A stretch of DNA of 64,000 nt from Candidatus Enteromonas sp. (GTDB lineage: Bacteria; Bacillota_I; Bacilli_A; RFN20; CAG-826): contig JAXDTZ010000013.1 of the NCBI GenBank assembly GCA_034089705.1, forward strand, positions 9,522 through 73,521, written 5' to 3'. Below the pieces are notes generated by a model, which worked only from the letters and a program-made list of their open reading frames with translations, ran no database searches and was not told the DNA's origin. Both the position numbers and the translations under genes were made by a program. Shown here one piece after another: positions 7,888 to 16,849 of this stretch. Every line of letters starts with the position of its first letter. Position 1 is the stretch's first letter.

Positions 7888-10800
7888 TTACGCGGAGAGG
7901 CCGAGGTAGTAGTTCCGGTGGCCTTTGTTTTCCTCGTCGATGCCATGCCTCCAGGCTTTGCCGCCTTCCTTGTCGGTCGATTCTGCGTAGACGCCAACGG
8001 GGGAATAGGTGGCTTCGTCTTCGAAGTGGAGGAAGTTGCTTTCAAACGCGGCTTGCCCCTTTTCCCATCCGTCGAGGTATTGGCCCGCGACCAGGTTGTT
8101 GAGGCGAAGTTCGACTTTGGCGCGCAAGATGGACAAGCGGTTGCCTTGGTCCCCTTCCACCCCGACGCCGAGGTCGATGCGGACGAGGTTCAAAGCGTGG
8201 AAGGCCCCGAATTCCCCGCCTTCGATGTGGAGGACGATGTCATCGAGGATGTTCACACCCAAGAGGGAGTTGACGTTCAAGGTGAGGTCGAAGCTCACGA
8301 TTCCGTCTTCGGAAACGCTCTTTTCGAAGTTCTTGAAGAGGTCTTCGACGTGGATGGCTAGGGCCCGGGATGCCGGCTCGGTGTTCGAAGCGACTTCGAT
8401 GGAGTTCTCTTCCTTGGCGAAGAAGGATTCGTTCACCCCGAGGAAGTATTGGAGCATGTAGCTGAGCGCGTCGTCTTTGAAGGCGCCTTCGCGGTTGAGC
8501 TTGACCGAATCTTCGACGTTGGCAAGGCGGCCGTAATCGGAGTGGCGGGTCATGAGGAGCTCGCTGCGGATTTCCCCTTCGTCGTTTTCGATTCCGTCGG
8601 AATAATAATAGAAGGATGCGTCGCGTTGCCCGCCGATTTCCAGTTCGCGGAAGTAATGGGGGTCATCGGGGGCGTTCAACCCGCGGATGACGGGGATGTC
8701 GTTGAGCTCGCCATGGAGTTTGACTTGGGCCCCGCGGACGTAGGCTTGGAGGTTTGCTTCCGCGAGCTTGGCTTCGTAATCCCCCAGGGCGATCGAGGCC
8801 GCACCGGTCAGATCGTAGGTGCTATGGCCTTGGCCGTTTTCCATTCCGAGGGTCAGGGTGCTGACGAGGTAATCCCCAAGGCTCGCGATGCCCGTGAAAT
8901 CGATGTAGGAGGATTCGTGGTTGAGGAAGGAGAACTTCGTGTCCACGGTCACTTCTTCAAAGGAGAGGGAGAGGTCCACTTTCGTGGCTTGGCCTGGTTC
9001 CCCATTGACGAGGGACACGCCGATGTTTTGAAGTTTGGCTTCGTCGAAATGGAGGGAAAGAGCGATTTCCGCGTTCATTCCGAAGGGGCTTCCGTCGAGG
9101 ACGAAGCGATCGTTCGTCCCGTTGATGGTCGCTTCCTTCAAGAAGGAATAGTTCGCGATCGCGAAATAGTTCCCGGAAGTGAGGTCGGTGATGAGACTCG
9201 CTTCCGCGGGGGAAGAGAAGATGCGGGAGATGCGCTCGAAACGGCTATCGAAATTGCCAAACGAAGAGATGATCGGGGAAATCGCATCCACCGCGCTGGA
9301 GAGGTGGATTTTGCCGTTCAACCCGTTCAAATTCTCGGGATTGTCGCGGGCTTCGATGTCCGCGGAAGTGTCTTCGTTCAGCGAATCGTAATGGAAATAG
9401 ACGGCGTTGGAAGTCGAGGAGAAATCCTCTTCGCTATTGGCGATGTCGAGCACCACGTGGTGATCTTGGTAATACGTTGTCGTATGCTCTTGGAGGGTTA
9501 ACGAAACTCCCCCGTCGATCAAAGCGGGGTTGGTCGCCCCTTCTCCGGCAGCTTTGGAGAAGTCGAGGTTGATGGCTCCGGAGATGTCCATTCCGGTTTG
9601 CTTTTCAGGATCGTTGTAGACGTCCATCGTCCCTTCTTTGCGCACCGTCCCGGACAACGCGATGGAGGCTTGCTTGCCTTTCACGATCGAAGCGATCGGA
9701 TCGACCAAGGAAGGAAGTCGGTTCATCGAGGAATAGTTAGCCAAATCGCTCCGCGCTTCTTCGCTGAGGGGAGAATAGCCCTTGGTTTTGAGGGACAAAT
9801 CGAGGGTCAAAGTGTTGAGGGCAAGGTTTTCGAGGCGGAGGTTCAGCAAGGAATTGTCTTCGTTGCCGTTGAGTTCCAAAACGACGTTCGCCCCATCGAA
9901 TCCGAGGTTGTCCAAAGAAAGCACGATTTCGATGCGGTTATCTTCGATGGTGACCTTGGAAAGCATTTCCACGATGGCTTCGTAATGCTTTTCCTTGAGC
10001 CCGGCGATCAAAGCGGGTTCGTTGAAATCCTCTTGCCCTTTGAGGGTCTTGATGACTTGCGTCACTGTGTCCAAGACGCTTTCGAGTTGGGCGTCGGTGG
10101 TTTGCTCTTGCACGGTTTCCCCGGGGGTGAGGCTTTCGGCGGTGGAAGAGAATTTGCCGATCACTTCATCGAGGACCGTTTTGGTGGTGGAGGCTTTTAG
10201 CACATCCCCGAAATTGAGGTAGCAGGAGGCGTTGGAAGAATCGGAGTTATCGACGAAAGCGCTCAGCATTTGCTGGTTTTCGCCCAGTTGCCAGATTCCG
10301 TTTTCGTTCTTCTCGTATTGGGCGAAGCCGAGACTCGCCGCGGCGCTATTGAAGTTCACGCCTTTGATGTTGCCGTTATCGAATTGATAGGAGAGATCGA
10401 CGTCTCCGCTGAGGCTCAAACGGGCTTTTTCTTCCACTCCGGATTTAGAGAAGGCAGTCAAGGTTCCCGGTTTGGAATCTTCTTTATGGAGGAGGTCCAC
10501 GTCAAGTTCCAATCCGAACTTGGGGGTGGCGACAAGAGAAGCGACGCGACGGAACAAGGCGAGGGAGTCGTCGAGTTGAGGGTAGCTCGCCCAGGAATCG
10601 GGGACGGTCCAATCGTAGGTTTCCCCGCTCGCGGCGGTTTGGACGCTCGCAGAAAGGGAAAGCGTCATGCCGTTTCCGAATTCTTGGGAAGAGGCTTCGC
10701 TTAAGGCGCTGGGGATATCCACGCGGTTGCAATTCAAATTCTCATCCGCGCCAAGGCCGATGGACAAGGTGGTGGACCCCAAGGGCAGATCGAGGGTGAA

Positions 10801-11616
10801 GTATTTGCTGCCGTTAAAATCGGCTTCCGCGATCGTGTTGAGGGCGTTCATGATGTCGTCGGTCGAGATGGAAGAAGAGGAAGAAGCCTCCCCTCCTTCG
10901 GGAGCGGGGGTCGTTTGGTTCCCACTGCCGGTAATCAACGATTCGATTTTGCCATAGGTGTCGATGTTGATGCCGCCTTCGGACAAAATCTCGAGGATGT
11001 CGTGAATCACGAAGTCCAAATCCCCGTATTCGTAGGAGAGGTTGCCCCCGGTCACGGGATCGGTTTCCTCACTGACGTAACGCTTGACGTCGACTTGGTA
11101 CCCCGCGGTCCAATCCCCGTCGTCCCCATCGATGTCGCCGATGTTGAAATAGAGGTTCTTGGAAGTTTCCCCATCCCCGAGGAGCCCGAGGTTGAGTTCG
11201 CGCTTGAGCCCGTTGTATTCCAAAGGCAACTCGGCTTTGAGGTTAATCCCCGAAAGGGAGAGTTCCTCCAGGGACAAGGCGATCGAGGCTGGCTTGCTTT
11301 CGATGGAACGGATGTGGTTGTCGTAACGGACTTCTTGCCCGTCCACCGTCTTGGCGGCCCCGGGAATCATGAAATCCAGAGAATTCACTTCCAAGGTGAT
11401 GCCGCTGGTGGCGCTGCCGATGAGTTGGTTCACGAAGCGCTGGGGAATGCTGAGATCCCCGTTGCCGTTGGAAATCGGCCCCCCGACCTGATCGATGACG
11501 GTGCTTTGGGGAAGGAGGAGGAACACCCCTCCCGCGGACAAAGCGAAGGTCGCGGCGAAGCCCCCGCTTAACAGCAAGGCGCGTTGCCATTTGGATGATT
11601 TGACGTTCTTTTTCAT
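7888..11616 (-). CDS. giant N-terminally anchored envelope protein (1242 aa), paralog of 3394..6942
   Basis: 3.7-kb ORF. The preferred start is the ATG at 11616 (MKKNVKSSKWQRALLLSGGFAATFALSAGGVFLLL, a signal anchor), preceded by AGGGG. The ORF track's GTG at 11640 is the alternative. Collinear similarity to the 1182-aa lipoprotein. Confidence 0.8.
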   Translation of the reverse strand: MKKNVKSSKWQRALLLSGGFAATFALSAGGVFLLLPQSTVIDQVGGPISNGNGDLSIPQRFVNQLIGSATSGITLEVNSLDFMIPGAAKTVDGQEVRYDNHIRSIESKPASIALSLEELSLSGINLKAELPLEYNGLKRELNLGLLGDGETSKNLYFNIGDIDGDDGDWTAGYQVDVKRYVSEETDPVTGGNLSYEYGDLDFVIHDILEILSEGGINIDTYGKIESLITGSGNQTTPAPEGGEASSSSSISTDDIMNALNTIAEADFNGSKYFTLDLPLGSTTLSIGLGADENLNCNRVDIPSALSEASSQEFGNGMTLSLSASVQTAASGETYDWTVPDSWASYPQLDDSLALFRRVASLVATPKFGLELDVDLLHKEDSKPGTLTAFSKSGVEEKARLSLSGDVDLSYQFDNGNIKGVNFNSAAASLGFAQYEKNENGIWQLGENQQMLSAFVDNSDSSNASCYLNFGDVLKASTTKTVLDEVIGKFSSTAESLTPGETVQEQTTDAQLESVLDTVTQVIKTLKGQEDFNEPALIAGLKEKHYEAIVEMLSKVTIEDNRIEIVLSLDNLGFDGANVVLELNGNEDNSLLNLRLENLALNTLTLDLSLKTKGYSPLSEEARSDLANYSSMNRLPSLVDPIASIVKGKQASIALSGTVRKEGTMDVYNDPEKQTGMDISGAINLDFSKAAGEGATNPALIDGGVSLTLQEHTTTYYQDHHVVLDIANSEEDFSSTSNAVYFHYDSLNEDTSADIEARDNPENLNGLNGKIHLSSAVDAISPIISSFGNFDSRFERISRIFSSPAEASLITDLTSGNYFAIANYSFLKEATINGTNDRFVLDGSPFGMNAEIALSLHFDEAKLQNIGVSLVNGEPGQATKVDLSLSFEEVTVDTKFSFLNHESSYIDFTGIASLGDYLVSTLTLGMENGQGHSTYDLTGAASIALGDYEAKLAEANLQAYVRGAQVKLHGELNDIPVIRGLNAPDDPHYFRELEIGGQRDASFYYYSDGIENDEGEIRSELLMTRHSDYGRLANVEDSVKLNREGAFKDDALSYMLQYFLGVNESFFAKEENSIEVASNTEPASRALAIHVEDLFKNFEKSVSEDGIVSFDLTLNVNSLLGVNILDDIVLHIEGGEFGAFHALNLVRIDLGVGVEGDQGNRLSILRAKVELRLNNLVAGQYLDGWEKGQAAFESNFLHFEDEATYSPVGVYAESTDKEGGKAWRHGIDEENKGHRNYYLGLSA

Positions 11617-11636
11617 GTTGATACCCCTGTCAATGT

Positions 11637-12596
11637 TCACTGGTTATATCCGTAGGCTTTTAGCAAGGCCGCTTCGCTACTTGGATAGGCCGCGCTAGGA
11701 GAAGAAGGAGAAGGAATGGAGGCTAGGGAAGAATCCCCCGCGACGTAGACGGTCGTCATGCTGCCTTCGCAATCCGATCCGATTCCGTTGCTCAAGGTCG
11801 CGTGGTATTTCTCGTAACTCTTGAAGTAACGGAGGTCCAAGTCTTTGGTGAAACTCCATTGGAGATGGACGTATTCGAAGTTCGGGAAGTCCTTGAGGTC
11901 GCTGATGGTCTTCATCTGATGGATGTACCGCAGAGTCGATGTCTTCGGATCGGCTTCGAATTCCACCTGGATGTTCCCCAATTCGTCTTTGCTGACTTTG
12001 GTGAGGCCCCTGCCCGAACGGTCGACGGAAGAGTCCGTCTTGTCCGAGATGAGGTAGATGAGGGGCTCGCTGACCTTTCGCCCCATCGAGGAAGCGTATT
12101 CTTCATTGGTCACGTCCACGGGAGAATTCACCCCGTAGTTGGAGGATTTGCCCCAATACTTCGTCGTGGTTTCCCCTTTTTGGTACATGCGGTTGTAGAG
12201 GGCGACGAAGGAAGAGAAGGAATTGGATTCCTCAAAGTATTCCTCGCCGTTTTTGATGTTCCGGGATTGGATGGCTTGATCGACGAGGCCCATCGCCTTG
12301 GATGTCCCGACCCCTTCGGCGTAAGCGTATTCGTTTTGCCGGTATCTCTCGTAGGCGACGTAGACCATTTCGAAGGGTTTCATGTGGGCGGCGAAATCCC
12401 CGCCCATCTTCTTCGCGCTTTCGTAAGAGGCCAGCGCGGTCTTCCCATCGGGCACGTAGGCGCTCGCGTCCCCGGAAATGGAGAACAGGGTCGGTTTCAG
12501 TTTTTGGTGAACGGTCAACCCCGTCGCCGCGCCGCAAAAAAGGGCCATGGCGAGCAAGGTGGGAATCGTGAAGCTTTTGCTGACGAATTGACTCAT
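11637..12596 (-). CDS. membrane-anchored or secreted protein of unknown function (319 aa), first gene of the giant-protein operon
   Basis: N-terminal hydrophobic anchor (FTIPTLLAMALFCGAATGL), a GGAGAG RBS and an ATG at 12596. The stop lies 20 nt before the next gene's ATG. No family recognised. Confidence 0.7.
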   Translation of the reverse strand: MSQFVSKSFTIPTLLAMALFCGAATGLTVHQKLKPTLFSISGDASAYVPDGKTALASYESAKKMGGDFAAHMKPFEMVYVAYERYRQNEYAYAEGVGTSKAMGLVDQAIQSRNIKNGEEYFEESNSFSSFVALYNRMYQKGETTTKYWGKSSNYGVNSPVDVTNEEYASSMGRKVSEPLIYLISDKTDSSVDRSGRGLTKVSKDELGNIQVEFEADPKTSTLRYIHQMKTISDLKDFPNFEYVHLQWSFTKDLDLRYFKSYEKYHATLSNGIGSDCEGSMTTVYVAGDSSLASIPSPSSPSAAYPSSEAALLKAYGYNQ

Positions 12597-12914
12597 TGGA
12601 CTCTCTCCCCCATTTGGGCAATTTCATCATAATGGCTGCTTCCGTCAAGTCACTCTACTTCGCGCTTTTTTCGCCCGCGAATTCGTAAACTTCGCCCCTC
12701 CTGGCTCGAAAGAGGGGCTCTCGAATCCGGAGAAACGGAAAAAGAAGGGAGAACGGGGGTGGAATTCCCGTATGATTCCTAGAGAGCAATCGATTCGCGT
12801 TCTCGTTTTTCCGTGGGCTGGATTCGGTAAGAAGCGTGGTGGCAACTTTTGGTTGAGTTTCCGAAAAAGCAAAGCAAAATCGGTACAATGGGAGCCTAAA
12901 GAGAATATTGTCCC

Positions 12915-12943
12915 TTATAAAATTTTAATTTTTCGGGTATAAT
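12915..12943 (+). promoter_or_regulatory. sigma-70-like promoter for the CarD-like gene
   Basis: -35 TTATAA (12915-12920), 17-nt spacer and a consensus -10 TATAAT (12938-12943), in an AT-rich tract about 45 nt upstream of the ATG. Confidence 0.5.
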
Positions 12944-12985
12944 AAATATGATGCGAAGAATCGCGTCGCGGAATAGGAGGCGTTT

Positions 12986-13486
12986 ATGGATTATCAGGTT
13001 GGACAACACGTCTTTCACTCTCATTGTGGCGTTTGCTTGATCAGCGATATCGCTCCTCTTTCCCCCGCGGAAGAGACCCTTTATTACGTCTTGCGGCCTC
13101 TCTATGGGGAAGACAAAGGCAACATCGTCCGCGTCCCCGTCCTCAACTGCGGTTCCCTCCGCAAACCCGACACCAAGGAACGGGTCGGGGACATCATCGC
13201 TTCTTGGCCGGATATTCGCGAAGACCTTTACATCAAGGATTCCAAAGTCCGCAAAGCCGCCTACGACCGAAGCCTCAAATCCGGATTGATCGAGGATTTG
13301 GCCCCACTTCTAGAAGGCGCCTACCAACGCAAGAGACGCGATGGGCACCTCAATTCCATGGACGCCCTCTTCGTCTCCCGCGCGGCTCCTGTGGTATATG
13401 GGGAACTCGCCTTCGTCCTAGACATCCCCTTCGACATGGTTCCCCAATACATCATGGACCATTGCCTCGCCCTCAATTCCCTTTGA
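12986..13486 (+). CDS. CarD/CdnL-family RNA-polymerase-binding transcriptional regulator
   Basis: AGGAGG RBS at 12975-12980. The N-terminus (VGQHVFHSHCGVCLISDI...LYYVLRPL...IVRVPV...LRKP) follows the CarD_CdnL_TRCF pattern. Length 166 aa. Confidence 0.7.
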   Translation: MDYQVGQHVFHSHCGVCLISDIAPLSPAEETLYYVLRPLYGEDKGNIVRVPVLNCGSLRKPDTKERVGDIIASWPDIREDLYIKDSKVRKAAYDRSLKSGLIEDLAPLLEGAYQRKRRDGHLNSMDALFVSRAAPVVYGELAFVLDIPFDMVPQYIMDHCLALNSL

Positions 13487-13494
13487 TGAATCGG

Positions 13495-13525
13495 CCGCTT
13501 GAAAAACTCCAGGCGGCTTTTTTCT
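13495..13525 (+). terminator. rho-independent terminator
   Basis: gccgcttg (13495-13502) pairs with caggcggc (13511-13518), including one G.U pair, followed by T6. Confidence 0.7.
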
Positions 13526-13541
13526 TTGTTTTTCGCGCATG

Positions 13542-13567
13542 AAAAAAGCTCGGTCTTACGCCGAGCA
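13542..13567 (-). terminator. rho-independent terminator
   Basis: Minus strand reads gctcgg-cgtaaga-ccgagc followed by TTTTTT, 20 nt downstream of the stop at 13587. Confidence 0.7.
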
Positions 13568-13586
13568 TTTTCCGAATTGGAATGAA

Positions 13587-14063
13587 TTAGGCTTTGAAGG
13601 AGACGTAAGTCCCGTAGAGCCCGAGGACTCCGCCGAGCACGGCGAAGATCGCCGGAAGAAGGGAGCCAACGCCCAAAGCGAGATCCTTTTCGTCGTAGAT
13701 CGGAGCCCCGCCGGTCGTGGCGGCGCCCAAGAAGATCGATTTGGTCAAGAAGAGGATGATCGCCGCGGCGACAAGGAACAAGGTCGAAAGGCCGAGGATT
13801 CCTCCGCCGATGCGTCCCGGGAAGAAGGCGCCGATGAGGGCGAGGGAAGCGGCGACGATGAGGAAGGAGAAGGCGACGCTGAGCGCGGGCATTTCGTTGT
13901 AGCCGTATTTTTCCGCGTGGAACATCAAGGTGTAAACCGAACCGCGGGTATCGGGGATGCCGTTCACGTCGGCGAAAGCGTTCCCGAATAAGCCGAAGAT
14001 GGCGACGATGGAGCAGACCAGCATCACGATGCCGATCAATCTTTTCATGTGTTTGTTTCTCAT
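13587..14063 (-). CDS. hypothetical multi-pass membrane protein
   Basis: 158-aa ORF with 4 hydrophobic, Gly-rich segments. No family recognised. An alternative ATG lies at 14048. Confidence 0.6.
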   Translation of the reverse strand: MRNKHMKRLIGIVMLVCSIVAIFGLFGNAFADVNGIPDTRGSVYTLMFHAEKYGYNEMPALSVAFSFLIVAASLALIGAFFPGRIGGGILGLSTLFLVAAAIILFLTKSIFLGAATTGGAPIYDEKDLALGVGSLLPAIFAVLGGVLGLYGTYVSFKA

Positions 14064-14181
14064 ACTAAAAACCTACCGAGGGAAAGTATAAACTTCTCTT
14101 CCTTGAAGAGCAACCCAAAGAATTGGGAACCCCAAAGAGATGTTTTGCTAAGAAAATCAAGGCAATCCACCGCGAATTCGA

Positions 14182-15537
14182 CTACCGTTCTTCGCTGTTT
14201 TTCGCTTGTGAGGCTTTCTTTTTGCTTTGAAAGAGTAAGAAGAAGATGGGAATGAGGGAGAGTATCGCCGCGGCGAACACCACGATCCACATGCCGCGGT
14301 CGGGGGATTTCTCGACCTGCCCGAAGTCGTTGACGCGCGTGGAAGAGAAGACCAAACTCGAAATATTGCTGCCGATCACCATGGGGAGCATGACGGCGAA
14401 GACCATGCGCACGCTTTGGAAGGCCCCCACGTTTTCTTTGGGAGTGTGGTCGCGAAGGGATGCCCCAAGGCTCGAAGTGCCCATGAGGTAGCCCAGGATC
14501 AAGATGGTCCCAAAGACGATGCAAGGAACGAATTGACCTTGGACGAAATAAAGCCCGATCGCCCCGATCGAAAGCAAAATGGCGCTCGGGATCAAAACGG
14601 CGAACTTGCCAAATCTCGTCAAGAACGCCCCGGACAGCAACGTTAGCAAAGCCCCCAAGCCCATGATGATGCCGAAAGCGAGGTAGAAGTTCATCCCCGC
14701 GAAGGATTCCATCCCCTGGAAGTAAACGAGGAAATAAGGCAAGAAGGCGTCGACGGCGATGTTGAAACACAAAAACGCGAGGAGCGAAAGGTAGAACAAA
14801 GGGTTCTCCTTGACGGTTCGGGGCAAAAACCCAACGAACATTTGCTTCCAATAATGCCGGTCCCGGGTGGGAACGAGGCTGTCTTTGGGCAGCAAGAAGA
14901 AACTCGCGACCCCTATCGCGCTGGTAAGCGCCCCAAACACCAAGAAGAAGAGGAACCACGGGCCGGCGATTTCCCCGGGGGATTTGCTGGCATCGGGAAT
15001 TCCGAGGGCCATGCCAACGAGCATCATGAGGGCCAAGGCCAAAAGGGGCATGACGGAGAGGACGCTTTCCACAAACGGACGGTTTTTCTCGTTGGTTTTA
15101 TCGGTGACGAAGGCGCTAAAAGCCGCATCGTTGCCCATGCTCCCGAAGAAGGTCATGACGCAATCGACGATCAGGTTCATGATGCCGACGAACAATACGG
15201 CGTTCGTGCTTCCTACGCCGAATACCGTTTCCATGTTGGGCAAGGACATCACCCCGAAAAGGAAGACGAACAAGCCCCAAATGGTGTACCCAACGGAGAT
15301 GAAAATCTTCCGTTTGCCTTTGAGATCGCTCCAAGCTCCGACCAAGAAAGTCGTGATGGTCGCGACCACCGCGCTTCCGCTGGTCATCCAGTTGATGTGG
15401 TCGGTGTTGTGGGATTGGGAAAAGACCCAAAGATTGATGTAGTTGTTTTCAATCGCCCACGCGATTTGCCCGACCATCCCGATGAGGAGAAGGGAAACCC
15501 ATAACCGGGCGCCGAGCTTGTTGTTTTTCTGGTTCAT
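14182..15537 (-). CDS. MFS-type transporter
   Basis: 451 aa with about 12 TM segments and an MFS-like loop motif (GAWSDLKGKRK) after TM2. Substrate not inferable. Confidence 0.8.
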   Translation of the reverse strand: MNQKNNKLGARLWVSLLLIGMVGQIAWAIENNYINLWVFSQSHNTDHINWMTSGSAVVATITTFLVGAWSDLKGKRKIFISVGYTIWGLFVFLFGVMSLPNMETVFGVGSTNAVLFVGIMNLIVDCVMTFFGSMGNDAAFSAFVTDKTNEKNRPFVESVLSVMPLLALALMMLVGMALGIPDASKSPGEIAGPWFLFFLVFGALTSAIGVASFFLLPKDSLVPTRDRHYWKQMFVGFLPRTVKENPLFYLSLLAFLCFNIAVDAFLPYFLVYFQGMESFAGMNFYLAFGIIMGLGALLTLLSGAFLTRFGKFAVLIPSAILLSIGAIGLYFVQGQFVPCIVFGTILILGYLMGTSSLGASLRDHTPKENVGAFQSVRMVFAVMLPMVIGSNISSLVFSSTRVNDFGQVEKSPDRGMWIVVFAAAILSLIPIFFLLFQSKKKASQAKNSEER

Positions 15538-15597
15538 GCTGTTGATTATAGCCTTTTTCGCTTCGCTCAGTTATCCTATTTGAAACAGGAGCATCCC

Positions 15598-16257
15598 ATG
15601 AACCCACAAACGCTTTCCGTCCTCTTTTTGGTTCTTTTTGCATTTTCCACCTTGGGAGAACTCGTTTGTTGCTTCATGGAATGGGAAACCCCGAGGAAAG
15701 CCATCAAGCCTTTCTGCGTGGCTTTCTTGGCGGTTTCCTTCCTGCTTGTTCGTCCCGACCTCTACCTCGTGGGGATCGGCTTGATCCTCGGGGCCATCGG
15801 GGATTTGCTGCTCGTTTTTAAGCATAAAGTCTGGACTTTCGTGGTCGGCGCCTTTTCCTTTTTGCTCAATCACGTTTGCTTCATCCTCGCCTACATCTTT
15901 CTCCTTCCATCCCGCCCGATTGGCTTATGGATTTCCATGGCCGTTCTCGTGGTCGCCGTGTTCCTTTCGGGATTCTTCGCCCTTCGAAAAGTCATCAAAA
16001 CCCCGCCCCTTCGCGCGGGAGGGGTTCTCTATTTCGCCGCCATTCTTTGCGATTTGCTGCTCGCCATATTCGCCTTGGGGCTCACCCAAAACCCCGCGTT
16101 CATCAGCAGCATTGTCGGAATGGTTTTCTTCGTTGGATCGGATGTTTATCTCACGAAAACCCTGTTCGTCCGGGATGATCGGCGCAGGGATTTCTACATC
16201 ATGCTCACGTATTTGCTCGCCCAAGGCCTCGTGGCCCTCGGGTTTTTCCTTTGCTAA
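15598..16257 (+). CDS. YhhN-family (lysoplasmalogenase-like) membrane protein
   Basis: AGGAG lies 7 nt before the ATG at 15598 (the ORF track's TTG at 15580 is less likely). Multi-pass membrane protein with YhhN-like segments (ILGAIGDLLLV, FFVGSDVYL). Confidence 0.55.
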   Translation: MNPQTLSVLFLVLFAFSTLGELVCCFMEWETPRKAIKPFCVAFLAVSFLLVRPDLYLVGIGLILGAIGDLLLVFKHKVWTFVVGAFSFLLNHVCFILAYIFLLPSRPIGLWISMAVLVVAVFLSGFFALRKVIKTPPLRAGGVLYFAAILCDLLLAIFALGLTQNPAFISSIVGMVFFVGSDVYLTKTLFVRDDRRRDFYIMLTYLLAQGLVALGFFLC

Positions 16258-16847
16258 TAATCCAGAAGCAAGAACACCTTGAGTTTGGTAATCGCTTTCC
16301 CGCGATGGCTGTAGGCGTTTTTGATGTCTTCGCTGGCGACGCCGAAATCGATGTCGGCCTCTTCGCTATGGAAGATGGGGTCGTAACCAAACCCGGCTTC
16401 CCCATGGGGCGATAGCAAGATTTCCCCGGGGCATACCCCATCGAAATAGAGGGGCTTGCTGCTAGGAGAAGCCAAATAACAGATGCTGCAATGGAACGCG
16501 GCTTTGCGGTTGGTTTTCCCTTCGAGGCGGGACAACACCACGTCGAACACCTTCGGAAATCCCCCGTTTTCCTTCGCGTAACGCGCCGTATGGAGCCCCG
16601 GTTCGTTGCCCAAGGCTTCGATTTCGAGCCCCGAATCGTCCGCGATGACCGGAAAAGGAACCTTCTTGGCCAAATCCAAGGCCTTGATGTAGGCGTTCTC
16701 CCGATACGTCGTGCCGTTTTCTAGCGGAGAAGATTCCACGTTCAAATCCCCAGGGGAATAGACGAGGAACCCCATGGGGGCAAGAAGTTCCCGGAATTCC
16801 TGGAGTTTCCCCGCGTTGGAGGTGGCCAAACAGATTTCTTTGTTCAT
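16254..16847 (-). CDS. rdgB: dITP/XTP pyrophosphatase (RdgB/HAM1 family)
   Basis: Starts MNKEICLATSNAGKLQEFRELL, the family N-terminal motif, at the internal ATG 16847 of the longer ORF, 3 nt after the upstream gene's stop. The upstream extension is Arg/His-rich and implausible. Confidence 0.85.
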   Translation of the reverse strand: MNKEICLATSNAGKLQEFRELLAPMGFLVYSPGDLNVESSPLENGTTYRENAYIKALDLAKKVPFPVIADDSGLEIEALGNEPGLHTARYAKENGGFPKVFDVVLSRLEGKTNRKAAFHCSICYLASPSSKPLYFDGVCPGEILLSPHGEAGFGYDPIFHSEEADIDFGVASEDIKNAYSHRGKAITKLKVFLLLDY

Positions 16848-16849
16848 GG

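Noticed and set aside
14060-14959. 299-aa same-strand alternate-frame ORF inside the MFS transporter gene. Similar Arg/Pro/His-rich alternate-frame ORFs include 13024..13542, 20574..21257, 30969..31832 and 56353..57090.
   Set aside because: Their extreme Arg/Pro/His/Gly composition is typical of off-frame translation, and the overlapping frames encode clearly real proteins.
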